From Ruditapes philippinarum (taxonomy: Eukaryota): DNA of 64,000 bases. Position 1 is the first letter of the stretch, and each line of letters starts with the position of its first letter. The stretch is from the NCBI RefSeq assembly GCF_026571515.1, contig NW_026852705.1:62001-126000 (forward strand), written 5' to 3'. Positions 63,894 to 64,000 of the stretch are shown here, one piece after another. A program made the translations under genes and the position numbers. The notes under the pieces were generated by a model. The model worked only from the letters and a program-made list of their open reading frames with translations, did no database searches and was not told where the DNA came from.

Positions 63894-63990
63894 AATTGAT
63901 ATGTGAATTAATCTGTGAAATTGATATGTGAAATTGGAATTTGAAATTGATATGTGAAACTGAAAATCGATCTGTGAAATTGATATATGA
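63884..63990. repeat. Short tandem repeat (tgtgaaattgata) starting at the SLC22 stop codon
   Basis: Directly visible. Confidence 0.8.
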
Positions 63991-64000
63991 CATTGTTAAT

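Overview
AT-rich animal genomic DNA with spliceosomal introns; the repeat content suggests a bivalve mollusc (inference). One assembly gap lies at 6740-6911. Genes: (1) two tandem intronless paralogs with an N-terminal ParB-like domain resembling bacterial polymorphic-toxin tips (7065-8516, 14197-15486), inside a ~7.7 kb segmental duplication; (2) two inverted 4-exon paralogs encoding signal peptide + small Cys domain + degenerate galectin-like domain (22293-25483 minus, 43210-46198 plus); (3) between them, a type I membrane protein with PPxY/PSAP motifs; (4) an intronless class A GPCR; (5) a coiled-coil protein with a fibrinogen-like lead-in; (6) a complete 8-exon SLC22 transporter. The most striking object is a 5'-truncated Penelope-like (Naiad-type) retroelement at ~15945-21075, split by a CAC-ended DNA transposon with long TIRs and a 5-bp TSD. 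Its RT frame has in-frame TGA codons at conserved Cys positions and a SECIS-like hairpin overlapping the stop codon. Its 3' region folds into a circularly permuted (P5-type) twister-ribozyme-like structure. Many Helentron-type non-autonomous elements, MITEs, SINEs and satellites are also present. All alignments and folds were done by eye; no searches were run.
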